64,000 nt of DNA from an uncultured Candidatus Saccharibacteria bacterium (GCA_964370865.1 CAYJKF010000002.1:84719-148718); one strand, 5' to 3'; positions 1-10,792 are shown, counted from the stretch's first letter. Numbers and translations: made by a program. Notes: generated from the sequence alone by a model not told the origin.

Positions 1-768
1 ACAACCTTTATTATACTTTCGTGGGTTCTGACAATTATTTATATTTTTTCCGCGCGAAAAGTTCTGTTTAAAAATACTTTAATTGTTAGCAATCTATTTT
101 TTATCGGTTTATATCTTAATGTCCATTACAACTCCTTTTCGCGCGTGAGTAGCTCAGGAGCTACTTTTGAAAAACGTTCGAGATTTATTGATACTATAAT
201 TTTTGACGGTTTACTTGGTGAAAATAAATATTGGATCCTGGGATTTATTCTAGTAGCTATTATTATTTACTTTTATAAAAAAAAGGAAAAATTTAAATTC
301 GAAGCATTTAATGCAGTGATGTTTTTCTTTATATTATTCCCCGCGATTTTCTTGGTGAACTCAGTTCCTCAAATGACACCGACCCCAAGATATCTAATAA
401 TTTGGTGGCCGGCCTTTGCCTTATGTTTTGTTTGGTCAGTAAGCTACATTAATAGGTTACTACCTTATAAACTAGGTTTTATTATTCCTTTTCTATATTT
501 AATGCCAATTCTTCAATCCCAGAGCAAATACTTAACAACTAAAGATCAATCACAATCTAGAATAGTTAATGAGGATATTCAGAAAATAAAATCAGCGGGT
601 CTAAAGTATTGCGTAGGAGATTATTGGGACATAGGTCCAATAATGTATTACAGTCATTTAGAAATAAAATGTTGGACAGATAAGTCAATTCAATCCAGAT
701 GGGATGTTGATTATTTGGATGATTACAAGGAAAAGTATGCGCAAGAGAATTATTATCTTTTAGATTAG
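1..768 (+). CDS. Multi-pass membrane protein, probable GT-C fold (ArnT/PMT-like) glycosyltransferase, 5'-truncated
   Basis: The frame is open from base 1 to TAG at 768. It has several hydrophobic segments, a PRY motif after a TM helix and a C-terminal GDYW motif, and lies in a glycan cluster. Confidence 0.5.
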   Translation, partial: TTFIILSWVLTIIYIFSARKVLFKNTLIVSNLFFIGLYLNVHYNSFSRVSSSGATFEKRSRFIDTIIFDGLLGENKYWILGFILVAIIIYFYKKKEKFKFEAFNAVMFFFILFPAIFLVNSVPQMTPTPRYLIIWWPAFALCFVWSVSYINRLLPYKLGFIIPFLYLMPILQSQSKYLTTKDQSQSRIVNEDIQKIKSAGLKYCVGDYWDIGPIMYYSHLEIKCWTDKSIQSRWDVDYLDDYKEKYAQENYYLLD

Positions 769-774
769 TAGCGC

Positions 775-1650
775 TTACTTATCTTTTTGAAATAATTTCC
801 GAACGATTCCATTAACAATATTAATAATTCTTTGTTTCTCATTTTTCATATTACCGGTGTTGACGTATAAATTTAATTCTTCGTCATATTGTTTAATGCG
901 ATTTCTCCCATCGTTGTAATATCCCAAGATTCTCATTCTGTACCACACTGCTAACGTATCGATGACAAAGTTCCATAATCCATTTTGTGTAAAAACACCT
1001 TTTATAGTAGATTTGCCAAAATCCATATTTACTTCTACCGGAGCTTCGTAAATTTTTCTAAATCCAAGTAAATGAGCCACTGCCAATATTTCAATATCAA
1101 AGGCAAATCGCTTAACCACCAGTTTATCGAGAACCTTCTTTAGTACAGTACTTCTGTACGCTTTAATTCCAGTTTGAGTGTCGTGTATCTTTAATCCGAA
1201 CAATAATTTTACGAATAAAAAGTATCCATAGCTGAGAATTCTTCTTTTGAATGGATATTCGATTAAACTTGCGGGATGCATTTTTGAGCCAATTATTATA
1301 TCCGCGTCGTACCATTTCATATGTTCAAGCAACATAATAAGTCCCTGCGGATTTATATCTCCCCCTGCATCTATAAACATTGTTATGTCACCCTTAGCTT
1401 TTTCCATACCATATCGAACCGCCTGCCCTTTGCCTTTATTTGATTTGTAACCAAATACTTTTATAGATTTATGTTTAGTTTTCTTCGCATTTTCGTATGT
1501 TTTATCCAATGATGTTCCATCAACAACTACTATAATTTCAAATTTGTATGGAGTGGATTTTAAGGATTTATAGATATTTTCAATATCGTTTAGAATATAT
1601 TTTTCTTGTTTATATGCCGGAACGATTACAGATAAGCGTTCAATTTGCAT
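775..1650 (-). CDS. GT2 glycosyltransferase (DPM1/dolichol-P-glucose synthase-like)
   Basis: Motifs SVIVPAY, VVVDG, NKGKGQAV, FIDA, DTQTGIK and FAFDIE. Confidence 0.9.
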   Translation of the reverse strand: MQIERLSVIVPAYKQEKYILNDIENIYKSLKSTPYKFEIIVVVDGTSLDKTYENAKKTKHKSIKVFGYKSNKGKGQAVRYGMEKAKGDITMFIDAGGDINPQGLIMLLEHMKWYDADIIIGSKMHPASLIEYPFKRRILSYGYFLFVKLLFGLKIHDTQTGIKAYRSTVLKKVLDKLVVKRFAFDIEILAVAHLLGFRKIYEAPVEVNMDFGKSTIKGVFTQNGLWNFVIDTLAVWYRMRILGYYNDGRNRIKQYDEELNLYVNTGNMKNEKQRIINIVNGIVRKLFQKDK

Positions 1651-2926
1651 TGCCTTTATTCCTAATTAAATTAAAGATGTTCGTTGAGATTGCTAATATA
1701 ACTATTATGCACGAAATGATATTTACAACTATTATTTCACGTAATGTATCATGATAAAAAACAATTCCTGCTAATTGAATAATTGGTGTTAAGAAAGTTA
1801 CTGACGCTAATTTAAACTTTGAAATTGAAATCAAAAATATCGTTAAGAGATTTAATAAAGTGAAGAAAATCATATATAAAGCGTATATTCCAAGAAGTGG
1901 AACAGCATCTATATATTTGTTACTAAAAAGAATTTCAACCAAAAATCCTGGGAAGAAGGTATAGACCAAAAAACTTACAAAAGATATCGTAGTAGAAACT
2001 AATACTGCTAGTAAAAATGGCCTAGTAAAATCCAACCCTTTTTTAAAGTTTTGAGCGCAAATTGGTAAAACTATTATGGTTATTGGGGACGCTGCAAAAA
2101 AGATAATCTTTCCAATGACCGAAACTGAACTATAAATTCCGGCTGTCATTTCCGGAAAATAATACTTAACCATAAGTACGTCTACGTTTTGCAATAGACT
2201 GAGACCGGCGACACCAAGAGAGCTATATACTGAATATTTCACTAGCTCACTAAAATCTTCTCTTGCGAAATCGTAATTTTTTATCGTCAGATTTTTTTGT
2301 AACAAAATGAATTGTATATATCCAACTAAAAGTGTTGCTATAAAGAGTCCCCAGAAAATATCCACCAGCCCTAATCCAAGAAGGATAATAAATATGGCTA
2401 CAAGAAATTTTGTAAACGCTGCTAAAAATAGTGACAAAGAATATGCTTTGAATCTAAGCAACCCTTGTAGAAAAGGAACCATAAAGCCAATCAGGTTTCC
2501 TGCGAAAATTGCGAAGGAGAAAGCAAAAATTATTTCTCGATTAGTGATTTTTAAAGTATCACTTATAAATGGGGTAAAAAAGATAATTAAAAGACTAATT
2601 GTTAGCGCAAGAAAAAATTGGACTTTAAAAACTGTTACAAAGAGTGCAGATATACGTACTGGATAATTGTCGTCTTTTATTTCAGCGACTAATTTAGTTA
2701 TGCCTCCAGTAAAAAAAGTTAGTAATGTTAATAAAATTCCACTGAGTGAAAATAATGAAACCAAAATTGAATAGTCTTCAACCGAAAGATATCTTCCCGA
2801 GGCGAGTTGAAAAAGATAAGCGAAAAAATTAGCAAAAAGTGAAGCGGCTATTATGATAAAAGAGCGACTCAGTATGTACTTATCTCCTGACAGTTTATCC
2901 ATTACTAATCGTAATATTTTATTCAT
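1640..2926 (-). CDS. Wzx-like oligosaccharide flippase
   Basis: About 12 TM segments, with RYLSVEDY and DVLMVKYY..AGIY motifs. Overlaps the GT2 start. Confidence 0.85.
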   Translation of the reverse strand: MNKILRLVMDKLSGDKYILSRSFIIIAASLFANFFAYLFQLASGRYLSVEDYSILVSLFSLSGILLTLLTFFTGGITKLVAEIKDDNYPVRISALFVTVFKVQFFLALTISLLIIFFTPFISDTLKITNREIIFAFSFAIFAGNLIGFMVPFLQGLLRFKAYSLSLFLAAFTKFLVAIFIILLGLGLVDIFWGLFIATLLVGYIQFILLQKNLTIKNYDFAREDFSELVKYSVYSSLGVAGLSLLQNVDVLMVKYYFPEMTAGIYSSVSVIGKIIFFAASPITIIVLPICAQNFKKGLDFTRPFLLAVLVSTTISFVSFLVYTFFPGFLVEILFSNKYIDAVPLLGIYALYMIFFTLLNLLTIFLISISKFKLASVTFLTPIIQLAGIVFYHDTLREIIVVNIISCIIVILAISTNIFNLIRNKGNAN

Positions 2927-2996
2927 TTGTATAATTTTATCAATTTTTCGTTAATTTAATACGTGACTATAATTTTCTGATATCGTTTAATAGATT

Positions 2997-3998
2997 ATGA
3001 ACATCACAGTTGTAGGAGGAGGCACGGGTACGTATACCGTCCTAAAGGGTATTAAGGACCTTCCTAATGTAAATATTACAGCGATTGTAACGTCGGCAGA
3101 TAGCGGTGGCAGTACTGGCGTCCTAAGAGATGAATTTGGAATACTTCCAGTAGGAGATTTCAGACAATGCATAGTAGCGTTAGCTGAGGATGGCGCATCA
3201 CCACAGAATGAACATTTACTTCGTGATCTTTTCGAATACAGATTTTCTAAAGGAGGCACCGGATTATCAGGACATAACTTTGGTAATTTATTTATAACTG
3301 CCTTAACCGATATTTTAGGAAGTGAAGAGTTAGCTTTTCGAAAAGTTTCAAAGATTTTAAATATAAAAGGGAAAGTATACCCAGTAACATTCGAAAAAAT
3401 TCAGTTAGTTGCTGAATATGAAGATGGATCAATGTTAATTGGAGAGAAGATGATTGATGAACCTCCTTCAGTACATGATGGAACGATGCGAATAAAAAAG
3501 TTGTGGGTCCAGCCAAATGCAGAAGTATTTCCAAGAGCCAAAGAGTCGATTATGAACTCTGATTTAATTGTATTTGGTCCTGGAGATTTATATTCGAGCA
3601 CAATAGCAAACATTGTCATAGATGATTTTGCTGGAATAATCAGTCATTCTAAAGCTAAAATCGTATTTATAACAAATATGATGACTAAATATTCTCAAAC
3701 ATATGACTTTAAAGTATCTGATTTTATAAAAGAGACTGAAAAATATTTACGTAAACCGGTTGACTATATTTTGGTTAACTCGGCTCCCATTCCAAAGGAT
3801 ATTATTGAAAACTATACCGTTGAGAAGGCAATACCTGTGATAAATGATATGAAAGATGATAAAAGGGTTATAGAGGCTGATTTGATTTCTGAAATTCTAT
3901 ACGAGCAAAAGAATAACGATGTCGTAAAAAGGAGTGTGTTAAGGCACAGTAGTAAAAAGATTGCAGACCAACTGCAGAGAATTTTGGAAATAGTTTAG
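2997..3998 (+). CDS. yvcK: YvcK/GlmR (UPF0052, CofD-like) UDP-GlcNAc-binding protein
   Basis: Motifs GGGTG, ADSGGSTGVLR, GDFRQC, HNFGNL, GPGDLYSS and RH near the C-terminus. Confidence 0.9.
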   Translation: MNITVVGGGTGTYTVLKGIKDLPNVNITAIVTSADSGGSTGVLRDEFGILPVGDFRQCIVALAEDGASPQNEHLLRDLFEYRFSKGGTGLSGHNFGNLFITALTDILGSEELAFRKVSKILNIKGKVYPVTFEKIQLVAEYEDGSMLIGEKMIDEPPSVHDGTMRIKKLWVQPNAEVFPRAKESIMNSDLIVFGPGDLYSSTIANIVIDDFAGIISHSKAKIVFITNMMTKYSQTYDFKVSDFIKETEKYLRKPVDYILVNSAPIPKDIIENYTVEKAIPVINDMKDDKRVIEADLISEILYEQKNNDVVKRSVLRHSSKKIADQLQRILEIV

Positions 3999-4032
3999 TA
4001 CAATTTATTCCTTTTGTTATACTTTTATTTGT

Positions 4033-5181
4033 ATGAAGATTGGAATTGATGCAAGACTTTATGGTAACTCTGGTATTGGGCGTTATGTTAAAAATTTGAT
4101 TCTTGAACTTGAAAAAATCGATAACACCAACGACTATATTATTTTCGTTACTAAAGAGATAAGTGATGTATACAAACCCCAGAATCCTCGATTTAAAAAA
4201 TGGCTAGTTAATGCCCCTGTTTATTCAATAGAAGAACAAACTACTCTTTGGAAAGAATTTATGAGTGCTAGATTAGGTCTTTTGCATGTTCCACATTTCA
4301 ACGTTCCTTATTTTTATAAGAGAAAATTTATTGCGACGATACATGATTTTACTATGCTTGGACTAAACTTCGATGCTACTTCTAAAAATCAAATGGAATA
4401 TCTAATAAAACATACAGGGCAAAATCTGATTATCAAAAAGGCTATAAAAAAATCTGCAGGTGTATTAGTTCCATCAGAAGTTGTTAAAAAGGATGTACTA
4501 GAAAATTATGGCGTTTCGGAATCTAAAATTAGAGTAACACTCGAAGGCGTTGATGACAGTATTACAAAACATATCCCTACCGATGGTGGAGTGATGAGAT
4601 TAAAATTAGAAAGATACAAAATTAAGAACAAATATTTTCTGTATGTCGGAAACGCTTATCCTCACAAAAATCTAAACAATTTAATAGTCGCTCATAAAGA
4701 GAATTTACAGAATGCAAAAACCACTTCTCAATTAATTATCGCTGGCAAAGTTGACGCTTTCTCTCAAAGACTCGCTGCATTCGTTAATGGACTTAAGTTA
4801 AGCGATAAGATTATATTTGCAGCCAGATATACAGACAATGGCTTTGTGGATGATACAGAGCTCGCCACACTATATAAAGGCGCATTAGCCTATGTTTTTC
4901 CCTCTTTGAATGAAGGTTTTAGTATAACCCCATTAGAAGCCCAAGCTGTTGGTACTCCAGTTCTGCTTTCTGATATTCCGGTCCATAAAGAAGTTTTTGG
5001 TGACTCAGTTTTATACTTTAAAGCAGATAGTAATATCGACCTTTCAACTAAATTACTGGAGATTGAGAATAATGACCAATTGAGGAATGAGTTGATACAA
5101 AAAGGTTATGAGAATATAAAAAAATATTCTTGGGCAAAGATGGCACAGGAAACTTTGGATTTTTATAATAGTTTCGTTTAG
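4033..5181 (+). CDS. GT4 (GT-B) glycosyltransferase
   Basis: Motifs MKIGIDAR, GIGRY, TIHD, YPHKN, FPSLNEGF..PLEA and YSW. Confidence 0.92.
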   Translation: MKIGIDARLYGNSGIGRYVKNLILELEKIDNTNDYIIFVTKEISDVYKPQNPRFKKWLVNAPVYSIEEQTTLWKEFMSARLGLLHVPHFNVPYFYKRKFIATIHDFTMLGLNFDATSKNQMEYLIKHTGQNLIIKKAIKKSAGVLVPSEVVKKDVLENYGVSESKIRVTLEGVDDSITKHIPTDGGVMRLKLERYKIKNKYFLYVGNAYPHKNLNNLIVAHKENLQNAKTTSQLIIAGKVDAFSQRLAAFVNGLKLSDKIIFAARYTDNGFVDDTELATLYKGALAYVFPSLNEGFSITPLEAQAVGTPVLLSDIPVHKEVFGDSVLYFKADSNIDLSTKLLEIENNDQLRNELIQKGYENIKKYSWAKMAQETLDFYNSFV

Positions 5182-5196
5182 AATTATCACAATCAT

Positions 5197-5868
5197 ATGA
5201 AAACAGAATTTCCCGAATTGGAGAGCAAAAGTGAGTCCTCCTTGTTTTTTGCTTTTTCAAAGCGAGCTATGGATGTCCTTGGCTCCATCGTATTCATGAT
5301 TATTTTTTCCCCCTTTTATATTATTTTTGGGATACTAATTTGGTTTCAAGATTTTCATTCTCCCATTTATGTTCAAAAACGAGTTGGACAATTTAACAAG
5401 ATATTCACGATTCATAAATTCAGATCAATGGTTATTAATGCTGACCTGGTAATGATGCAGGACGCGAATTTATATAACCAATTAAGAAGTGAGAATAATA
5501 AGATACAAGATGACCCGAGAATTACTAAGCTGGGTAAATTTATTAGAAAATATTCTATAGATGAATTTCCTCAAATGTTTGATGTCTTATTAGGTAGTAT
5601 GAGTTTAGTAGGTCCTAGGCCTCTTCGGCCTGATGAGGCACAGTTATATAGAGATCAAAGTGAAGAACATTCAAGACAGCTGGATAAAGTCTTTGAGATG
5701 AAACCAGGAATTACTGGCTTGTGGCAGGTAAGTGGAAGATCTAATATTTCATTTAAGGAACGAATGATTTTAGAAGAGAAATATTCTAGAGCAAGATCGA
5801 TTATGCTTGATATTACAATCTTAGCGAAAACTCCCCTTGCTGCGATTCAGGGTGAGGGAGCGTATTAA
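5197..5868 (+). CDS. Polyprenyl-phosphate sugar phosphotransferase (WcaJ/CpsE catalytic domain)
   Basis: Motifs KRAMD, KFRSM, DDPRIT, SIDEFPQ, MSLVGPRP and KPGITGLWQVSGR. Confidence 0.93.
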   Translation: MKTEFPELESKSESSLFFAFSKRAMDVLGSIVFMIIFSPFYIIFGILIWFQDFHSPIYVQKRVGQFNKIFTIHKFRSMVINADLVMMQDANLYNQLRSENNKIQDDPRITKLGKFIRKYSIDEFPQMFDVLLGSMSLVGPRPLRPDEAQLYRDQSEEHSRQLDKVFEMKPGITGLWQVSGRSNISFKERMILEEKYSRARSIMLDITILAKTPLAAIQGEGAY

Positions 5869-5935
5869 GTAACCTATATTTATCATATTCGTATGGTAAA
5901 CTAATTGTTTAGTTGTTAGATTGTTTTGGTAAATT

Positions 5936-8020
5936 ATGAAACGTTTAAATTTCTCAAATAAGAATTCAATTAGTAGTTCCTCACCTTCTTTTTCTCCAAG
6001 CGGAAGTGCCTCAAGAGAAAAATATAATTTTTCAAATAAATTCAGATTCCCTAAGATTAGAATAAATGTGAAATGGATTTTGATTACTCTTGGAATATTT
6101 CTCGGTTTAGTTTTAGTAATAGGATTAGCCGGTTATTTTCTAGTTGCTAAACCAGTATTAGCAATTGCAGATGACGCAAAAAAATTAAAAGATTCTACCT
6201 ATGCGATAAATGCAGGCTTAGAAAATCAAGATCTTGAAGAAATAAAAGGTGGCATTGATAACACTAAAAAAGAGCTCGAAAGATTTAAAGGAAATTTAGA
6301 AACTAATTCTAAGTTGTTAAGAAAATTACCAAGAGCAAATATTTATTACGAGGATGGGCAAAATTTAGTAGTAGTGGCCGAAGAAGCATTAAGCTTGGGT
6401 GAATTGACAATTAGTATTATTGAACCTTATGCCTCTGACTTGGGTTTTGCCTCGGGTGACCAAGAAGCAAGAAATATTCCGGCACAGGAGCGTGTTATTA
6501 AACTTATGCGATTAATGCCAGAATTCTCTCCAAAAGTTAATGAGATTTCACAAAGAATGGTGAAGATTAATGATGAATTAAATAAAATTGATGCCTCAAA
6601 TTATCCAACTAAATTACCATGGGTGGTCAAATATGCTGGAGTAGATCCTGAAATGAATTTACAGGAGCAGATATTAGATATTCAGGCTATTACCAAAGAA
6701 ATTGCTCAAAAGGCGCCTCAGTTTGAAGCATTCTTTAATGCAGTGCCAGAATTTATGGGTTTGAATGAGCCAAAAACTTACATGATAGTTATGGCCAATA
6801 ACTATGAATTACGAATGAGCGGTGGATTTAATACATATATAATTTTAGTTACATTTGCAGATGGAATTCCTGATATTACAAATTCCATCGATACATACTT
6901 TATTGACGAAGGCGCTAGAGCTGGCTCTTTTGGAAGACCAGTTAGGGCGGTTCCATACCATTTGAAGAATTACTTATACCTTTCTGGAAACACATTTAGA
7001 TGGTATGCAAGGGATGCAACCAGCAACAATGCTGATTTCCCGCTTGCCGCAGATGATTTAGTGAATCTTCACTGGAAAAACGCAGGTGGCTTAATACAAC
7101 AATTTGATGGAGTTATAAGCATAAATAATGATGTTGCGGTGGATATCTTAAGAGCAGTGGGGCCAGTTATGACTGATAAATATTCAATTAAGAGAGATGA
7201 TAATACGTATGTAACGGTACCAGTCACTGAATTCAATGCAGATAATGTTATTTACGAACTAGAGAATATTGCAGGTGGAAAATTAGCTGAAACTTTGGGA
7301 AGAAAGGAGATTATTAAATTTTTAGCGACTTCTATTTTGACGAAAATTTATACCTCTGAAGCAACAAATCTAGTTCATATAATGAGAGTTGGTCTTGATT
7401 CCTTAAGCAAAAAGGATGTAATGCTATATTCATATGATCCTGAAGTGCAAAAAGCATTTGAAGATTTAGGATATGGAGGGCGGATTGCTTCTGTACCAGA
7501 GGGCTCAGATTATCTTCATGTAAACAGAAGTAACTATGGTTCAGGAAAAGCTGATTGGACACAACCTGGATTTGTATATCAAACTGTAGATAAAAAAGTC
7601 GAAGTTGTTGATGGTAAAAAAATTAGTACAGTAAACGTCACGGTTAAGAATCCAAAGCGTCCGGAGTGGTTCAATATAGATCCATGCTGTTTCTATAATG
7701 CTTATATGAGGGTATATGTACCGATAGGATCAAAAATGATATCTGTAACAACATCCGATGGTCAAGATGCTAAAGGTGCAGAATTTGTAGATGATAAAGT
7801 TCAAAAAACTTATATTGAATCATTTACAAGGCAGCCAAAAGAAACTGATTTAACTATAACGTATGTTTACGAACTTCCAGATAGTGTTAACTTGGATGAT
7901 TACAATCTAGTCCTACAAAGACAGTCAGGTACTACGATCGATGAATATAAAGTTACTGCTAACGGAAAAACGGAAGATATACTTCTAAATTCTGACAAGG
8001 TGATACATATTAGTCGATAA
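5936..8020 (+). CDS. DUF4012-like membrane-anchored extracellular protein
   Basis: N-terminal TM, coiled-coil region, NNYELRMSGGF motif, RDA..NADFP, YMRVYVP and QRQSG. Confidence 0.75.
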   Translation: MKRLNFSNKNSISSSSPSFSPSGSASREKYNFSNKFRFPKIRINVKWILITLGIFLGLVLVIGLAGYFLVAKPVLAIADDAKKLKDSTYAINAGLENQDLEEIKGGIDNTKKELERFKGNLETNSKLLRKLPRANIYYEDGQNLVVVAEEALSLGELTISIIEPYASDLGFASGDQEARNIPAQERVIKLMRLMPEFSPKVNEISQRMVKINDELNKIDASNYPTKLPWVVKYAGVDPEMNLQEQILDIQAITKEIAQKAPQFEAFFNAVPEFMGLNEPKTYMIVMANNYELRMSGGFNTYIILVTFADGIPDITNSIDTYFIDEGARAGSFGRPVRAVPYHLKNYLYLSGNTFRWYARDATSNNADFPLAADDLVNLHWKNAGGLIQQFDGVISINNDVAVDILRAVGPVMTDKYSIKRDDNTYVTVPVTEFNADNVIYELENIAGGKLAETLGRKEIIKFLATSILTKIYTSEATNLVHIMRVGLDSLSKKDVMLYSYDPEVQKAFEDLGYGGRIASVPEGSDYLHVNRSNYGSGKADWTQPGFVYQTVDKKVEVVDGKKISTVNVTVKNPKRPEWFNIDPCCFYNAYMRVYVPIGSKMISVTTSDGQDAKGAEFVDDKVQKTYIESFTRQPKETDLTITYVYELPDSVNLDDYNLVLQRQSGTTIDEYKVTANGKTEDILLNSDKVIHISR

Positions 8021-8657
8021 TTCCGTAGCTTTTTATAAACAGATCAGTCTTTTCCTTTAAGTATTTAAGGATAGGCTGGTCTGTTTTTTCGAAATACGCA
8101 TCTTCTTTATTCACAATTTCTTCAAAAATAGAATCCTCCAGAAAAAATATCTTTTTCATTAATTCTGGGTTTTTAATATTCATCTGTTCATAGAAATCCA
8201 TAAATTCACTTTTCGTATAAAAACCATTAATCTTCATAAGTTTTACCAAATACCCTAGGACCAATCCTTTAGTCGGAGTTTGATTAAATAGCTCAATAGC
8301 TTTTTTGAGTAATTTAAAGTTAGTAGGATTTGGATCATCATTTGGAATCAATTTATCGGTTATTTCTAAAATGGAGTAAAGATAAAGAGTTACATCATAG
8401 TCAGTAGCCGACAATTTTATGTTATGAATGGAATTAGCTTGCGTTATTAAATATCTGTCATAGGTCTTAATAAGGTAAATCGTAGCTATTGAACCAGGTT
8501 CCAGATGACTACGCTTTTTAGAAGTAATTTTGCGAATTCCTTTAGCCTTGCAGGAAATTTTCCCTAATTCCTGAGTTAAAACGGTAAGTATCTTATCCGC
8601 ATCCTTATAATTTGTTCTTTTTATTACAATTCCTGTAGTCTTTATATAGTCAGACAT
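8010..8657 (-). CDS. recO: DNA repair protein RecO
   Basis: N-terminal OB fold GIVIKRTNYKDADKILTVLT..GKI...AKGIRK. Adjacent to glyS. Confidence 0.9.
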   Translation of the reverse strand: MSDYIKTTGIVIKRTNYKDADKILTVLTQELGKISCKAKGIRKITSKKRSHLEPGSIATIYLIKTYDRYLITQANSIHNIKLSATDYDVTLYLYSILEITDKLIPNDDPNPTNFKLLKKAIELFNQTPTKGLVLGYLVKLMKINGFYTKSEFMDFYEQMNIKNPELMKKIFFLEDSIFEEIVNKEDAYFEKTDQPILKYLKEKTDLFIKSYGIID

Positions 8658-8665
8658 CAAGAATT

Positions 8666-8673
8666 ATTATAAT
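8666..8673. promoter_or_regulatory. Palindromic bidirectional -10 element (ATTATAAT) shared by recO and glyS
   Basis: TATAAT reads on both strands within a 26-bp divergent intergenic gap, 8 nt and 10 nt from the two ATGs. Confidence 0.6.
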
Positions 8674-8683
8674 ATACTCACAT

Positions 8684-10015
8684 ATGGATAGAAGCCAAAA
8701 GATTATTTCTCTCGCAAAAAGACGTGGTTTTGTATTTCCCTCATCCGAAATATATGGTGGTTTTAGTTCTACATACGACTACGGTCCTATGGGAGCTCAA
8801 ATGCTCAAGAATATTAGGGATTTGTGGTGGAAATACTTTGTAGAGCTTAGAAGTGATGTAGTAGGGCTAGATGGGGCAATATTTAGTCACCCTAAGACTT
8901 GGGAAGCCAGCGGACATGTTGATTCTTTTAACGATCCATTAGTAGAAGATAAAGTCACTCACATTAGATATAGAGCAGACCATTTAATCGAGGAAAACTT
9001 AAAAATTGATACCGCTAAAATGTCATTTGATGAAATGCAGAAAATCATAAATGACAATAAGATTATAAGTCCGGATGGGAATGAACTTACCGAATTAAAG
9101 TCTTTTAATCTTTTAGTACAAGCCGAACTTGGAAGTACTGATGAAAGCAAAATTAAAGCTTATCTAAGGGGAGAAACCTGCCAGGTTATATTTCTACAGT
9201 ACTTGAATGTACTTCAGTCGATGAGAATGAAAATTCCTTTTGGAATTGCTCAAATTGGTAAAGCATTTCGAAATGAAGTTACCACAAAAGATTTTATATA
9301 TAGAACTAGAGAATTCGAACAAATGGAATTAGAATTTTTCATTCATCCAAATGATGGAGAAAAATGGTATGAGTATTGGAAACAATTTATGCTTAATTGG
9401 TGTGTTGAAGAACTTGGGTTTCCATTGACCAAATTTCGATATAGGGAAATTCCAAAAGAGGAAATGTCTCACTACGCAAAAATACAAAGTGATTTTGAAT
9501 TCGAGTCTTCTTCAGGAAAATGGTTTGAATTATCTCCTCTAAATCACCGTGGTGAATGGGATTTGTCCAGACACCAGCAATATAGTGGAGAGAATTTTGA
9601 GTATAGAGACCCTGAAACAAATGAGAGATTTTTGCCAAATGTTATCGAGATTTCGATGGGAATTAATCGAATTCTTTATGCTTTACTCGATAATGCGTAC
9701 GAAGAAGATGGAGATCGAGTTGTTCTTAAACTTAATGAAAAAGTTGCACCATATCAATATGCGGTTTTCCCATTAGTGAGAAATAAGCCAGAAGTAGTAG
9801 GTAAAGCACGTATGGTTTACGATTTACTTGTTAATAAAGGTTTTAGAGTCAGCTATGACGACCGAGGAAATGTTGGTAAGAGATATTATTCCCAAGACGA
9901 AATCGGTACTCCAAAATGTATAACTATCGATTACCAGACTCTTGAAGACGATACAATTACAGTTAGAGATCGAGATTCAATGGAACAAGTTAGAGTTAAT
10001 ATAAATGACCTTTAA
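8684..10015 (+). CDS. glyS: Glycine--tRNA ligase, alpha2 (GlyRS-1) type
   Basis: Motifs KRRGF..SSEIYGG, YDYGP, WEASGH, LRGETCQ, FRNE and REFEQME, plus anticodon domain VGKRY..QDEIGTP. Confidence 0.95.
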   Translation: MDRSQKIISLAKRRGFVFPSSEIYGGFSSTYDYGPMGAQMLKNIRDLWWKYFVELRSDVVGLDGAIFSHPKTWEASGHVDSFNDPLVEDKVTHIRYRADHLIEENLKIDTAKMSFDEMQKIINDNKIISPDGNELTELKSFNLLVQAELGSTDESKIKAYLRGETCQVIFLQYLNVLQSMRMKIPFGIAQIGKAFRNEVTTKDFIYRTREFEQMELEFFIHPNDGEKWYEYWKQFMLNWCVEELGFPLTKFRYREIPKEEMSHYAKIQSDFEFESSSGKWFELSPLNHRGEWDLSRHQQYSGENFEYRDPETNERFLPNVIEISMGINRILYALLDNAYEEDGDRVVLKLNEKVAPYQYAVFPLVRNKPEVVGKARMVYDLLVNKGFRVSYDDRGNVGKRYYSQDEIGTPKCITIDYQTLEDDTITVRDRDSMEQVRVNINDL

Positions 10016-10081
10016 CGATTACTAATTTAACCGAAGACCTCTTCGCTAGTATTTTCACTATTTGCGTAATATGATGAAAAG

Positions 10082-10792
10082 ATGCTTGAAAACGAAATCC
10101 AGAAAGAGATACTGTCGATTTGTAGTTTTATTCCTAATGGAGCTAAATACTCAGAGCTAAAACCACAAAGTATAAAAATCGAAAATGATTTGTTTAATTA
10201 CCATCTACAATATCTTGTAAAAAATTCTCTCCTGAAAAAGGAAAATGCTCTATATTTCTTAACAGAAAAAGGTAAATCGCTAGTTACAAATATTGACCAC
10301 GTAAGTAAAACACTTTCTGGAAATTATAAAGTTAGTGTATACGTATGTCCCGTTATCGATAACAAAATACTCTTATATAAAAGATTAAAGCAACCTCAAT
10401 ACGGATATACTGGTTTTATTTCTGGAAAAATTAAATATGGTGATACGATATTGGATACAGCAAAACGTGAATTTAAGGAGGAAACAGATTTAGAGGCAGA
10501 CTTCAAGATCATCGGAAGTATGAGACAGATTAGAAAAAATAGTGAAGGTGAAGTTATTGAGGACGGGATTTTCTATATTTGTTACACAGATAAGATATTT
10601 GGTAATTTAACCGAGAGTAGTAAAGAGGGTGAGTATTTTTGGACAAATGTTAATGAGGTGAGTGCATTGGAAAAAATATTTAAACCAAGTCTTGAAATAG
10701 GAGTTAAGGAAATTGAGAAACGTCTTAATGGAACTACTTCATGGGACAATCAATTCATATATGAGCTTCAGCCTGAACCAGAAGATTATTAA
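10082..10792 (+). CDS. Winged-helix plus NUDIX hydrolase protein
   Basis: N-terminal wHTH (FNYHLQYLVK..Y.LTEKG) and a Nudix box G-x5-D-x5-AKREFKEETDL. Confidence 0.85.
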   Translation: MLENEIQKEILSICSFIPNGAKYSELKPQSIKIENDLFNYHLQYLVKNSLLKKENALYFLTEKGKSLVTNIDHVSKTLSGNYKVSVYVCPVIDNKILLYKRLKQPQYGYTGFISGKIKYGDTILDTAKREFKEETDLEADFKIIGSMRQIRKNSEGEVIEDGIFYICYTDKIFGNLTESSKEGEYFWTNVNEVSALEKIFKPSLEIGVKEIEKRLNGTTSWDNQFIYELQPEPEDY

